Shown one piece after another: positions 1 to 13,827 of a stretch of DNA of 64,000 nucleotides; the stretch's first letter is position 1, and every line of letters begins with the position of its first letter. The DNA comes from Anaeramoeba ignava BMAN. Lineage: Eukaryota > Protista > Anaeramoebae. The notes under the pieces are model-generated. The model ran no database searches and was not told where the DNA came from. It was given only the letters and a program-made list of their open reading frames with translations. Location: positions 558,001 through 622,000 of the forward strand of contig JAPDFW010000070.1 in assembly GCA_028826165.1 (NCBI GenBank), written 5' to 3'. A program made the position numbers and the translations under genes.

Positions 1-1600
1 CCAATAAAATCGATATTCTTTTCCGAACGTAAATCTTGAATACCAAAAAAGGGGGTTAAAATTTGTTCAGTCAAAATTTGGGAATCAATTGATTTAACTG
101 GATCACTTTCATCAACTTTGTCTTTATGAACATGAAGATAATACCATTTTTTGTCCAAATACATTGAAAATACTCTTTTTTCTGTTGGTTTTGCATAATG
201 TGGAGGTGTGATTGTGTTGTCTGGTACGTTTTCTTTTTTTTCTACTTCTTTGATGTCAAATGATTGCTTTAAAAATTCCATTAATTCCTCCTTCTTCTTT
301 TTTTGTTTAAATAATACTCGATTGTAATCGAATATTGCTAATTGTGTATGCGGGAAAACAACTGTCATAACAAAATTAAATGGTTCTTCACCAGTAACAG
401 TTCCTCCTTTTATTTCAAATATATTTAATTTTGAATTTGAATTTGAATTTGAATTTGATTTTGAATTTGATTTTGATTTTGATTTTGAATTTGAATTTGA
501 ATTTGAATTTGAATTTGAATTTGATTTTGAATTTGAATTTGAATTTTAATTTTAAATTTGAATTTGAAATTGATTTTGAATTTTGATTTTAAATTTATTA
601 CCATTCTTCTCAATCTCAGCTTTTCTCATCTTAGCAACATTAGCAGCTGATTGCATTCTATTAAATAATAAATAATAAATAATAAATAATAAATATTAAA
701 TAAATATTAAATATTAAATAATAAATATTAAATAATAAATAATAAATATTAAATATTAAATAATAAATATTAAATAAATATTTAATATTAAATAATAAAT
801 ATTAAACATTAAATATTAAATATTAAATAATAAATATTAAATATTAAATAATAAATATTAAATATTAAATATTAAATAATAAATATTAAATATTAAATAT
901 TAAATATTAAATAATAAATATTAAATAAATATTAATTAATAAATAAATATTAAACAAACCTATGATGGCCATCACAGATATACAAAGCAGGAACAGAATC
1001 GAATTCACCTTGGATGCTTTCGATAATTTTCTTATCAGAAACCTTCCAAACCTGATGACGTTCGCCTTCCCAATCAGCAAAGAAATCAAAATCGGGATCA
1101 CGTTTAGATAAAGTTTCAAGAAAATCATCCAAAGATTGTTTTGAAGAATAAGACAAGAAAACAGGGCCAGCATTTGCGTTTTGGATGTTTATAATCTTAG
1201 TTCTGTCCTCCTCTTTATCCTTTCTAGTGAATTCATGTTTCTTTATCAAACCTTTTTCATAATCATCAATTGAAGCAAGAAGAATATATCCTTTTTGCGT
1301 GTGATTTCCGCGAGTTTGTGCATAAATATAGAGTTGTGGCTGAGTTTCCTTCACAAGATATCCTTTCTCGATAAAAGCATCCAGGTTTATCTTGGCTTGT
1401 TTGTACACTTCATCGCTGTATGGATTCGTATCTTCTGGTAAATCAATTTCTGGTTTGTTCACATGAAGAAAACATTGTTCATTTCCTTCGGCAAATTTTC
1501 TTGCTTCTTCGGAACTGATTACATCGTATGGTGGGCTTGGCACTTTTTTTTCTAGGCTTTTTGGTGGTGAATATCCAAGAAATGCTTTGATTTTAACCAT
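1..1600 (-). CDS. DUF1015 family protein (ParB/Srx-like DGHHR motif), 3' end runs off the window
   Basis: Exons 1600-960, 657-602, 406-<1 joined by GT-AG introns (959-658, 601-407). Motifs PPYDVIS, IKKHEFTRKDKEEDR, NAGPVFL, LYICDGHHR and IFDYNR match DUF1015 proteins. An upstream in-frame ATG also exists at 1648. Confidence 0.85.
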
Positions 1601-1739
1601 TTTTAATTGCTTTTTTTTTTTATTTAGTTTTTGAAAAAAATGATTCATTTTTTTTTTATTTTTTTATTTTTTTTTTTCAATAAAGCAAAAAAAAAATTTT
1701 TCAAATTAATTTCTCTTTTGATTTCCAATATTTTGTTTT

Positions 1740-3610
1740 AGATTATTTATTTAGATTATTTTGATTTAGATTATTTTGATTTAAATTATTTTAATTTAGA
1801 TTATTTTGGATTTAGATTATTTTGATTTAGATTATTTTGATTTAATTTATTTTGTTTTAGATTACTTGGATTTAAATTATTTTAGATTTAGATTATTTTG
1901 GATTTAAAATATTTTGATTTAAAATATTTTAATTTAGATTATTTTGGATTTAAATTATTTTGATTTAAATTATTTTGGATTTGGATTATTTTGGATTTAA
2001 ATTATTTTGGATTTAATTTATTTTAATTTAGATTATTTTGGATTTAAATTATTTTGGATTTAAATTATTTTGGATTTAATTTATTTTGGATTTAGATTAT
2101 TTTGGATTTAAATTATTTTTGATTTAAATTATTTTGGATTTAAATTATTTTGGATTTAAATTATTTTGGATTTAAATTATTTTAATTTAGATTATTTTGA
2201 TTTAAATTATTTTGGATTTAAATTATTTTGGATTTAAATTATTTTGGATTTAATTTATTTTGGATTTAGATTATTTTTGATTTAATTTATTTTGGATTTA
2301 AATTATTTTAATTTAAATTATTTTGGATTTAGATTATTTTGATTTAAATTATTTTAATTTAAATTATTTTGGATTTAAATTATTTTGGATTTAAATTATT
2401 TTGGATTTAAATTATTTTAATTTAAATTATTTTGATTTAAATTATTTTGGATTTAGATTATTTTGAATTTAAATTATTTTAATTTAAATTATTTTGGATT
2501 TAAATTATTTTGAATTTAAATTATTTTGGATTTCCAATATTTTAATTTAGATTATTTATTCAGATTATTTTGGATTTAGATTATTTATTTAGATTATTTT
2601 AATTTAGATTATTTTGGATTTAAATTATTTTGGATTTAGATTATTTTGATTTAAATTATTTTGGATTTAGATTATTTTGGATTTAGATTATTTTGATTTA
2701 AATTATTTTGATTTAAATTATTTTGATTTAAATTATTTTGGATTTAAATTATTTTGGATTTAAATTATTTTGATTTAAATTATTTTGATTTAGATTATTT
2801 TGGATTTAAATTATTTTGGATTTAAATTATTTTGATTTAAATTATTTTGGATTTAGATTATTTTGGATTTAAATTATTTTAATTTAGATTATTTTAATTT
2901 AAATTATTTTATATTAAATTATTTTGATTTAAATTATTTTAATTTAAATTAATTTTAATTTAAATTATTTTGGATTTAAATTATTTTGGATTTAAATTAT
3001 TTTGTATTTAGATTATTTTAATTTGGATTATTTTAATTTAGATTATTTTGATTTAAATTATTTTAATTTGGATTATTTTTGATTTTAATTATTTTGGATT
3101 TTAATTATTTTGGATTTAAATTATTTTAGATTTAAATTATTTTGATTTAAATTATTTTGGATTTAAATTATTTTGGATTTTAATTATTTTGGATTTAAAA
3201 TATTTTAATTTAGATTATTTTGATTTAAATTATTTTAATTTAGATTATTTTGATTTAAATTATTTTTAATTTAAATTATTTTGGATTTAAATTATTTTGA
3301 TTTAGATTATTTTAGATTTAAATTATTTTGGATTTAAATTATTTTGATTTAAATTATTTTGGATTTAAATTATTTTGAATTAAATTATTTTGATTTAAAT
3401 TATTTTGGTTTAGATTATTTTGATTTAGATTATTTTGATTTAAATTATTTTGGATTTAGATTATTTATTTAAATTATTTTGGATTTAAATTATTTTGATT
3501 TAAATTATTTTGGATTTAAATTATTTTGGATTTAAATTATTTTTGATTTAAATTATTTTGGATTTAAATTATTTTGGATTTAAATTATTTTGATTTAATT
3601 TATTTTGGAT
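1740..3610. repeat. ~15-16 bp minisatellite (TTAAATTATTTTGGAT)n
   Basis: Directly visible tandem array filling the divergent DUF1015/RGS intergenic region. Confidence 0.95.
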
Positions 3611-3879
3611 TAAATTTGGAAGTGGATTTTTTTTTTTCTTTTTTTTTGATTTTTTTTTTCCAATTTTCGCTTTTTATTATTTTTATTTTTATTTTTAATT
3701 GATCATTTAAAAAAAAAAAAAAGAGAAAAAAAAATTTTTTTATTTTTTTTTTAAATTTTTTTTTTTCATTTTTTCTTTTTTCCGTTTTTTTCCTTTTCTA
3801 ATTTTCTCTTTGAAAAAAAAAAAATAATTTAAATTTTCTCACATTTAATAACAATAAAAAAAAAACATTCCACAATAAA

Positions 3880-6800
3880 ATGCAAGAAAACAAATTACAA
3901 ATACTTCAAAAAAAAGCAAAACTACTTCATTTAAAACAAAAAATTCAATTACTTCAAAACGAAAAACAAAACTTAAATCAAAACGTTGAAGAAAGCAAAA
4001 TTCTCAAACAAAAACTGATCGAAACACAACAAAAACTTTCTGAAATTGTTCAAAAAAATAATGATCTTCGAACATCAATAAATCAACTTTTCAATCAAAT
4101 CACACAATCAAAAAAGAATAAGAAAAACAAGAAGAAAAACAACAGCAGAAAATCAAAACCAAATTATAATAATTTATTTCTTCAAAAAATTTTTCGATTG
4201 CAAAATGGAATTAAAAAATTACAAGAATCAAAAAATGAGTTGAATTCTTTACAAAACATTGATATTGAAAAAAAGATTGAAAACTCTGTTTTAATATTAG
4301 CTGATCTTGAAAAAAATATTGAGCATTTGAACAATGATTTGATTCAAAAGGAATCAGTTTTTCAAACGGATGAAGAAATTTTTATTCCAATTAGAGAGTT
4401 TTATTATCTCAAAAAGCATCACAAAACAATTTTATTACAAAGACAATTAAATCAGAATAGAAAACAAAAAATTGAGCCAAAAAATATTGCTCACAATTCA
4501 ACAGTGAATAATCTTCGCTATAAAATAAAACAACAAACAGAAAAACAAAAAATTTTATTAAGAAGTTATACTAAGAATAAAGCGTTTGATTCTATAAAAG
4601 AAACTAATACAACATCTTTTACTGAAGAAATTGAATTTTTATCTTCAGAATTTTCTGAGAATGATTTAAATGTGAGATTTTGGAAATTAAAATTAAAATT
4701 GATTTATAAAATTAAAATCAAAAATTAAAAATTGAAATTAAAATTAAAATTAAAATTAAAATTAAAATTAAAATTAAAATTAAAATTAAAATTAAAATTA
4801 AAATTAAAATTAAAATTAAAATTCTTTTTAGGGTTTTGATACAACTGCTGAAGATCTTTCAAGTTTTATTCTGTAAAATTTCTTTTTTATTGTTTCAAAA
4901 AAAAAAACAACAAACAAAATTCATAAATTATTTTTATTTAAATTTTCTCAATTTATATTTTTGATCAAAAGCCAAAATCCTGATGATGTTTTATCAGCTA
5001 AAGAGGTTCTTGAAGAAGAGAATTCCAACAAAGTAAATATATTTTTTTGAATTTAAAACAAGAGAAAAATCCAAATAATCATTTTAAAACATTTTTGTGT
5101 TTTGCTATCTTTTTAAATCAAAGAATGAACAAAAACCAAAACTTATTTCATTACATGATGTTCTTTCTTCACCTATTGGAATTGAAAACTTTTCTGAATT
5201 TCTTAGACAAAGTTGGAATCAAGAAAATATTATGTTTTATTTACAAGTTGATAAATTTAGAAAGAATATAGATCAAGATGTAAATAAATCCATTTCCAAT
5301 TTCAAAATCAAATTCAAAATTAAAATTAAAATTAAATTCAAAATCTAAAATTAAAATTAAAATTAAAATTCAAAATTAAAATTAAAATTAAAATTAAAAT
5401 TAAAATTAAAATTAAAATTAAAATTAAAATTAAAATTAAAATTAAAATTCAAATTCAAAATCAAAATTAAAATTCAAATTCAAATTCAAAATCAAAATCA
5501 AAATCAAAATTCAAAATCAAAATCAAAATTAAATTCAAAATTAAAATTAAAATTAAAATTAAAATTAAAATTAAATAAAATTAAAATTAAAAATTAAAAA
5601 TCAAAATTAAAATTAAAATCAAATTCAAAATCAAATTCAAAATCAAATTCAAATTCAAAATCAAATTCAAAATCAAAATTAAAATTCAAATTCAAATTCA
5701 AAATCAAAATTAAAAATAAAAATTAAAATCAAAATTAAAATCAAATTCAAAATTAAATTCAAAATTAAAATTAAAATTAAAATTAAAATTAAAATCAAAA
5801 TTAAATTCAAAATCAAAATCAAAATTAAAAATTCAAAATCAAAATCAAATTCAAAATCAAATTCAAATTAAAATTAAAAATCAAAATTCAAAATCAAAAT
5901 CAAAATTCAATTTAAAATTATATTAGTCTTTGGAAATTCCGGCAAAAGGAATTTATGAAAAATTTATCAAACCAGGTTCACTTTTCGAAATTAATATTGA
6001 TTCAAAATCAAGAGATCAAATTATAAATATGATTGAAAATAATAATTTCGAAATAGATATGTTTAATGATGTAAAATGAATCTAAAAGAAAACAAAAATA
6101 AAGTTTCAATAATAAATATTAATATTATGATTAAATAGGCATTTGAAACTGTTTTTAAGCATATGGAGCAAGATAATTTTATTCAATTTAGGAGATCCTC
6201 ACTTTATTCTGATTTTGTTGAGAAAATATCAAGAGGAATTAGAAAATTATCAACATCAGAACTCAAATTTGTAATTCCCGAAGAATATTTAAATCAAAAA
6301 AAATATTTAAATCCAAAAAAATATATAAATTAAAAAAAATATTTCGAAGAAATCAAAAATCCAAAAATATAAATCCAAAAGAATATATAAATCCAAAAAA
6401 ATATTTATTCCAAAAAAAATATTTAATCCAAAAATATATTTAAATCAAAAAATATTTAAATCAAAAAATATTTAAATTCCAAAAAAATATTTAAATTTAA
6501 AAAAATATATAATTCCAAAAGAATATATAAATCAAAAAAAATATATAAATCAAAAAAAATATTTAATCCAAAAAGAATATTTAAATTTAAAAAAATATAT
6601 TTAAATCAAAAATATATTTAAATCCAAAAAAATATTTAAATTCAAAAAATATTTAAATTCCAAAAAAAAAATATTTAAATTCCAAAAAAATTAAGGGACA
6701 AATTATTGTTAATCAAAAAAAAGAACAATTTCTTAATAATTATCCAGTTACAACATTAGATACTTCTCCTATTATATTTTCTGAAAAAATTATGGAAATG

Positions 6801-8008
6801 GTCATAGATTTATTACACGCATTTTATTCACCTTCAACACAACAAATTGATTGTGAATTAATGTCTAATTCTCTTCCATTTCGTCGATTTGTTCATTATG
6901 CATCTCAACTTCAAAATGTAAAATAGCAAATCAAAATTGAATTAAAATTAAAATTAAAATTAAAATCAAAATTCATTTATAAAATTAAAATTAAAATTCA
7001 TTTATAAAATTAAAATTAAAATTTAAAATTAAAATTAAAATAAAATTAAAATTCAAATTCATTTATAAAATTAAAATTAAAATTAAAATTAAAATTAAAA
7101 TTAAAATTAAAATTAAAATTAAAATTAAAATTAAAATTAAAATCAAAATTGAATCAAAATTAAAATTCAAATTCATTTATAAAATTAAAATTGAAACTAA
7201 AATTAAAATTCAAATTCATTTATAAAATTAAAATTCAAATTCATTTATAAAATTAAAATTCAAATTCATTTATAAAATTTAAAATTAAAATTAAAATTCA
7301 TTTATAAAATTAAAATTAAAATTAAAATCGAATTAGATTAAACTTGATGGTTTATCAAAAAATGAAAAAATTACTTTTTTTATTAATATTCATAATACAT
7401 TAAGTTTCCATATTTCAATAATATATGGTTTACCAAGAGGAACTGAACCAACAAGAGAATACATTCAAGATATTACATATTTAATTGGAGGCCATTTATT
7501 TTCATTATCAGATATTAAATATGGAATTTTATTTGGAAATTGGAAATCAAAGAAAAAACCTTATTGGAAAAAAGGAGATTCTCGAGAAAAATTATCTGTT
7601 CTTCCTCCTAATTTAATGTCTATTTTTGCTTTAAGTGAATTTCATATATATTCTCCTCCTCTTCGTATTTTCCATTATAAAAATATTGAAGAAGAACTTT
7701 TTGAAGCTACAAAAAAATATACTTCTGAAAATTGGACTATTCTTAAAAGAAAGAAACAGGTATAAATATTTTCAAATTATTTTTTTTTCTTCCTTTCATG
7801 TATTTAAATTTTTTTTTTTTTTATTTCAAAAACAAAGATTTTACTTGCTCCAATTTTTACAGAATTATTTGGTTATTTTCGAAAAAATCAACAAGAACTT
7901 CTTTCTTGGGTTTCTCAATTTTTTCCAGAATCTAAATCTTATGATTATTTTTCATTACAAATTCGCAAAGTTTTTTCTTTATCAATGATTAGATTTTATC
8001 AATATTAA
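3880..8008 (+). CDS. Coiled-coil + RGS domain + DUF547 domain protein (9 exons)
   Basis: Exons 3880-4671, 4832-4872, 4972-5032, 5124-5279, 5927-6070, 6139-6270, 6696-6917, 7337-7759, 7838-8008, all GT-AG and in frame. RGS signature: LHDVLSSPIGIENFSEFLRQSWNQENIMFY...IYEKFIKPGSLFEINID. DUF547-like: EKITFFINIHN...YLIGGHLFSLSDIKYGIL...SPPLRIF. Confidence 0.8.
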
Positions 8009-8213
8009 AGAAAAAGAAAAAGAAAAAGAAAAAGAAAAATTGATTTTGTTTTGTAATTTAAATTTTATTGTTTTTAAAAAGAAATTCCCAAAAGAAAAAG
8101 AAACTTTCATTTATTTACTCCATATTCTTTTTAAACCAAAATAAATCATTTCTTTTTTTAACTAATACTTAAATTTTGTTTTAATTTTGTTTTGATTTTT
8201 AATTTGTTTTAAA

Positions 8214-10314
8214 TTAAATGTTCGCAAAAGGAATTCTAAATCCATCTAAAATTACTCCTGAATAACTTGAAGCAGCTCCACAATTTGAGTCAATTGATTC
8301 AGTTAATCCATCATGAATCTCAATAAAAATAATATCATTATTTTCTTGATCCAAAATTAATTCAGAAATTGAATTTTTTCCCATATCATATTCACCAACA
8401 ATAATTTGGTCTCCACAAACATTAAGAATATTTGTTTCGCCAGTTAAATATTCTCTCCAAGTTTCCAAAAGACCACTTGCATAATTCAGAAGATTGACTG
8501 TTGGTTCTGGTTCTTGGTCGCAAAGTTGAATATTTGCATCTTTATTTTTGTGTTCATTTTGATGACAAGTTCCATTTTCATTTGTCAAAACAACGAATAT
8601 TTGAGATTGAAAACTAATCACTGAAAATTTTGGTGATGATCCAAAAGTAACTGTTGTTGAAGGTGTGATTTTGATTAATTCTCCTGTTTTTGAAATTGTT
8701 CCAATAGTTGCGTTTATTTTCTGTTGAACTGAAAAAGAAGTCAAAAAGTGAATAAATTGATCATCTCCAGGATCTTGAATTGCGGCTATTGTGAAATCAT
8801 CGAAAACATCATTTGCGATGTTTTCTAGAATGTTGATAGGGTCTCCAATCTGGTCTATTCTGAATATATTCTGATTAAACTCAAAACTCCATAGCTGGAT
8901 ATTCAAATCATTCAAATCATCAGTAAAAATTTGAACAATAAAATCGGAATCTTTGACAAATGCAAATGAGCTTTTTTGCAAGTTTTGGGATGAATTAAAA
9001 GAGTCGGTCGTGATGAGATCAAGAGTGTTTGACATGTTATTCCACAAAAACATTTCGAATTTTGAACTTTCATCACTTGCAATCAAAATGATATTTCCAA
9101 AAGAATCAGCAGTACTATCAAATAAGACTTGATTTGGATTTATGGTTGAGAGATTGAGGTCCATGTGATAATTGACAGCAATTTCCCCGAACATTTTCTT
9201 AGACATAAGAAGAGAATATTGGAGGACATTTTGGGGCGAATAAGAAATCAAAAGAAATTGGATCATTGGATTCGAATTTGGATTTGAAACGGGAAATTTT
9301 TTAACAAAAGAGGATCGGTAGTTGTCAAGAACATGATAATTCCAAGCGAGCCCAGTCCGTTGTGCGGAATAGACATCAAAAAGAATAGGGTCTATATTGA
9401 TTGCGAATCTGGAAACCCGGAGAATGAGGAATTCCAGAAAGAAGTGCATCTTGCACTGTGTTGATTGTGACTTGGTCACTGGGTTCCCAAAAAAGAAAAG
9501 GGTAAATGGACTCGTTGAATTTTGCATAGCCAAGATCCATTATAAAATCGACATAAAACAAGGGCGATTCACTCAAAATCTCTTGGTTCAAAATTTGGAA
9601 ACGATCAAATCCAAAAATATTTTTTTCATTGCTGTATATTGCTTCAAGTGGATCATTCGAGGAAATATAAGTTGCGTTTAAGGGCCGCCACTTCTCCGCA
9701 AGACAAATACGCAGATTATGACTAAACAAATCCAGAATAGCGCCTCCAGGGGTGCTTGCGCCGTCCAGGATAAATTGTAGATTCAAAGAATTTGAATCAA
9801 TGATTTGGGTCGCATTTCGAAAAAATTCATCGACAAGAAAAAGCCAAGATTGTGCGTCTGGTGTTGATTCCAGGCACGGATTATCGAATTTAAAACATAC
9901 TGCAATGAAGACGTTAAAATTTGGATTTCGAAATAAATCAATATTTTTAGGTGAAGAAATAAACTGCAAAAGATCATAACTTGTGTTATAAAAATTTCCT
10001 TCAATTGGAGAATCATGAATCATAGGAAAGCATCCATTATTCGATGGCGAATAGCAATTTGGAAACAATTTAGACCTGTTTTCGTTGATGTATGAAAAAT
10101 CCACTTTTAACCAAATTTCAGTTTCTGTTCGTGTTTGTATTTTTTGAAACATTGAATCCCATTCTCGTAAATCGTCCCATGAATGTATTTGATATCCAAT
10201 AGTCTTATCTTCTGTTCGTCCCACTTTCGTTGGTTTAAATGAGATTTCACTTGCAAAAGTTGCTGTTATTATTATTAGTGTTAATATTATTACTCCTAAA
10301 ACAATTTTATTCAT
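8214..10314 (-). CDS. Secreted/lysosomal hypothetical protein with signal peptide; N-terminal half weakly PLC-like phosphodiesterase; one apparent +1 frameshift at ~9411
   Basis: ORFs 9376-10320 and 8214-9533 join as ...GIPHSPGF/RFAINIDP... if one C is removed from TTC-C-AGA. Hydrophobic N-terminus MNKIVLGVIILTLIIITATFA. The HSWDD / KVDF / IHD / VCFK spacing loosely resembles PLC/GDPD barrels (weak). Confidence 0.65.
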
Positions 10315-10369
10315 TTGCAAAAAAAAAATTGAAAAATGAAAAAAGAAAAATGAAAAAAATTTTTATTTT

Positions 10370-11850
10370 AAAAATAAATTTTTATATTTAATATTTATTT
10401 AAAACATTTTCCCAATCATTTTAAATTTAATTTAATTTTCAATAATTAAATAAATTGATCAAAAAGAAATAAAATATTTAATCCAAAAAATATTCCCAAA
10501 ATCTATTATTTTAAATTATTTTAAAAATTAATTTTTTATATTTAATATTTTTAAAACAATTTTCCAATCATTTCAAATTTAATTTAATTTTCAATAATTA
10601 AATAAATTGATCAAAAAGAAATAAAATATTTAATCCAAAAAATATTCCCAAAATCCAATAATTTTAAATTAATTTAAAAATAAATTTTTATATTTAATAT
10701 ATTTTAAAACAATTTTCCATTCATTTTAAATTTAATTTAATTTTCAATAATTAAATAAATTGATCAAAAAGAAATAAAATATTTAATCTAAAAAATATTC
10801 CCAAAATCCAATAATTTTAATTTAATTTAAAAATAAATTTTTTATATTTAATATTTATTTAAAACATTTTTCCCAATCATTTTAAATTTAATTTAATTTT
10901 CAATAATTAAATAAATTGATCAAAAAGAAATAAAATATTTAATCCAAAAAATATTCCCAAAATCCAATAATTTTAATTTAATTTAAAAATAAATTTTTTA
11001 TATTTAATATTTTATAAAACAATTTTCCATTCATTTTAAATTTAATTTAATTTTCAATAATTAAATAAATTGATCAAAAAGAAATAAAATATTTAATCTA
11101 AAAATATTCCTTAAAATCCAATAATTTTAAATTAATTTAAAAATAAATTTTTATATTTAATATTTTTATAAAACATTTTTCCATTTATTTTAAATTTAAT
11201 TATTTTTCAATAATTAAATCAAATTTGAATAATCAAAAGAAATTAAATATTTTGAAAAATATTCCCAAAATCCAATAATTTTAATTTAATTTAAAAATAT
11301 ATTTTTATATTTAATATTTATTTAAAACATTTTTCCATTCATTTTAAATTTAATTTAATTTTCAATAATTAAATAAATTGATCAAAAAGAAATAAAATAT
11401 TTAATCTAAAAAATATTCCCAAAATCCAATAATTTTAATTTAATTTAAAAATAAATTTTTATATTTAATATTTATATAAAACATTTTTACAATCATTTCA
11501 AATTTAATTTAATTTTCAATAATTAAATAAATTGATCAAAAAGAAATAAAATATTTAATCTAAAAAATATTCCCAAAATCCAATAATTTTAATTTAATTT
11601 AAAAATAATTTTTTATATTTAATATTTATATAAAACATTTTTCCATTTATTTTAAATTTAATTTAATTTTCAATAATTAAATAAATCGATCAAAAAGAAA
11701 TAAAATATTTAATCTAAAAAATATTCCCAAAATCCAATAATTTTAATTTAATTTAAAAATAAATATTTTATATTTAATATTTTTACTAAAACAATTTTCC
11801 AATCATTTCAAATTTAATTTAATTTTCAATAATTAAATAAATTGATCAAA
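10370..11850. repeat. ~154-bp AT-rich tandem satellite, ~10 copies
   Basis: The GATCAAAAAGAAATAAAATATTT marker recurs at about 10457, 10609, 10762, 10918, 11072, 11380, 11534, 11688 and 11844. Confidence 0.9.
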
Positions 11851-11901
11851 ATATTATTTATTTCACTTAAAATTTCTTAAAAAAAAAGGATAAAAAAATT
11901 A

Positions 11902-13696
11902 TTAATAATTTTCATTTTTCTTTTTCTTTTTCTCTTTTTTCTTTTTCTTTTTTAAAAAAATGGAATTATTTTTTGGATCATTCAAGATCAAATTATTTGA
12001 ATAATGAACTCCCAACTTAGATTTGATAGATTTTTTTTGAAAAATCTTTTGAATTAATTCAAGAGTAATTTCACATTTTTTTTCAGTTTCTTGATTCCAA
12101 TGATGAAATGATTTCAATTTTGGTAATAAAATTTGATCAAAATGATTTGGAAAATTTTTGACAAGAGATTTAAAGGGATTTTTTGAAATTAAATCAAAAC
12201 ATTGATCACAAACTCCAAAATGAAAAGAATGAATATGAAACGCAAGAAAATCAAAAATATCCTTGATGATTTTGCTTGAAACATCCAAAGAAACAACTTT
12301 CAAAGAACAAGAGATTTCAAGAATAAATAGAACTTGTTTTTTTGAGTTTGTTTGAGGCCAATGAGTTATTAAATAAGGGAAAAAATCCAAAAATAAAGTA
12401 TCCATTTTTGAAATCATTGAAATGATACAATCCAAAAATGGATAAAAAAATTCTGAAAAATGTGAATTTGTGTGTAAAGGAAGAAGATAAGTTTTGAACA
12501 TTTGGATGTGTTTTGGATTTAAAGGCACAGCAAAACCAGAAACAATAGAATATAAAAATTCAAGTAGTTCAATTGTTCCTGTTTGAAATGAATCTCCAAT
12601 AATTTGATTCAATAATTTATCTTGTATTTTAGATCTAATAAAACGTCTATTTGAGATCATTTGTTCATAAATATGATGAAGAATTAAAAGAGTATTTTGT
12701 CTTATTGAAGGATTTTCGTCATGAATAAAAGAAAAAATCTAAATGAAATGAAAAAAAAAAATATTTTTTTTTTTGAAAGAATTTTTTTGAAAGAATTTTT
12801 TTGAAAGAATTTTACTTTTTTCATAAATGGAATATCAAATGTTTCTTTCATTTGTATTGGATCTAAATGTTTTTCTAAAATAATTTTTTCTAAAAGTTGA
12901 AAGAAATCTTCAAAAAAGTTGAGATTATTTCCTTTATTTGGTTTAGAGAGTATCAATTTAATCTAAATTTTGATTTTAATTTTGAATTTGAATTTTGATT
13001 TTGATTTTGATTTTGATTTTGAATTTGATTTTTAATTTGATTTTGATTTTGATTTTGATTTTGATTTTGATTTTGATTTTGATTTTGATTTTAATTTTAA
13101 TTTTGATTTTTGATTTTGAATTTTAATTTTGAATTTTAATTTTAATTTTTATTTTGATTTTGATTTTGATTTTGATTTTGATTTTGATTTTGATTTTTAT
13201 TTTGATTTTGATTTTGATTTTGATTTTAATTTTGAATTTAATTTTGATTTTGAATTTTGATTTTGATTTTGATTTTGATTTTGATTTTGATTTTGATTTT
13301 GATTTTGATTTTGATTTTGATTTTGATTTTGATTTTGATTTTGATTTTGATTTTGATTTTGATTTTGATTTTGATTTTGATTTTAATTTTGATTTTTACT
13401 TTAGAAATAACTTGAAAAAAAATTTGATTTGTCATCTTATTTGGAAAAATTTCATATAAAAAAGAAAAAGAAAATAAAAGTTGAAATTCAAATTGAAGTA
13501 TTAAATCTTTGTTAGAATTGCAATTCTTGAACACAAATAGAAACCAAGTTTCAATATCTTGAATTGTTTCTGTTTTGATCGTTTTGATCAAGTCACCAAA
13601 ATACCAACAATCTAAATTAATCATAATTCCATTTTTAAAGAATTGTGATCTTGCTTTATAAGGTTTAACGAACAAAAATGGAACTTTATTATTCAT
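11902..13696 (-). CDS. Divergent PP2A regulatory subunit B' (B56 family)
   Basis: Exons 13696-13400, 12962-12816, 12738-11902. B56 motifs: GTIELLEFLYSIVSGFAVPL, LLPLH, HWPQTNSKKQVLF, SFHFGV, HHWNQ. Confidence 0.8.
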
Positions 13697-13827
13697 TTAA
13701 AAAGAAAAAAGAAAAAGAAAATAAAAATGAATAAAAAAAAAGTGGAAAAAAGAAATTAAATCTAAAAGGAATTTTTTTTTTGCTTTCGTTAAAAAAAAAT
13801 GGTTTTTTGATCGTTATTTTCCTTTTA

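Noticed and set aside
5033-5123. Possible extra mini-exon inside an RGS intron (AG at 5061-5062 to GT at ~5097-5100)
   Set aside because: The direct 91-nt intron keeps the frame; the flanking introns would be only about 25-30 nt, well below the local minimum of ~56 nt.
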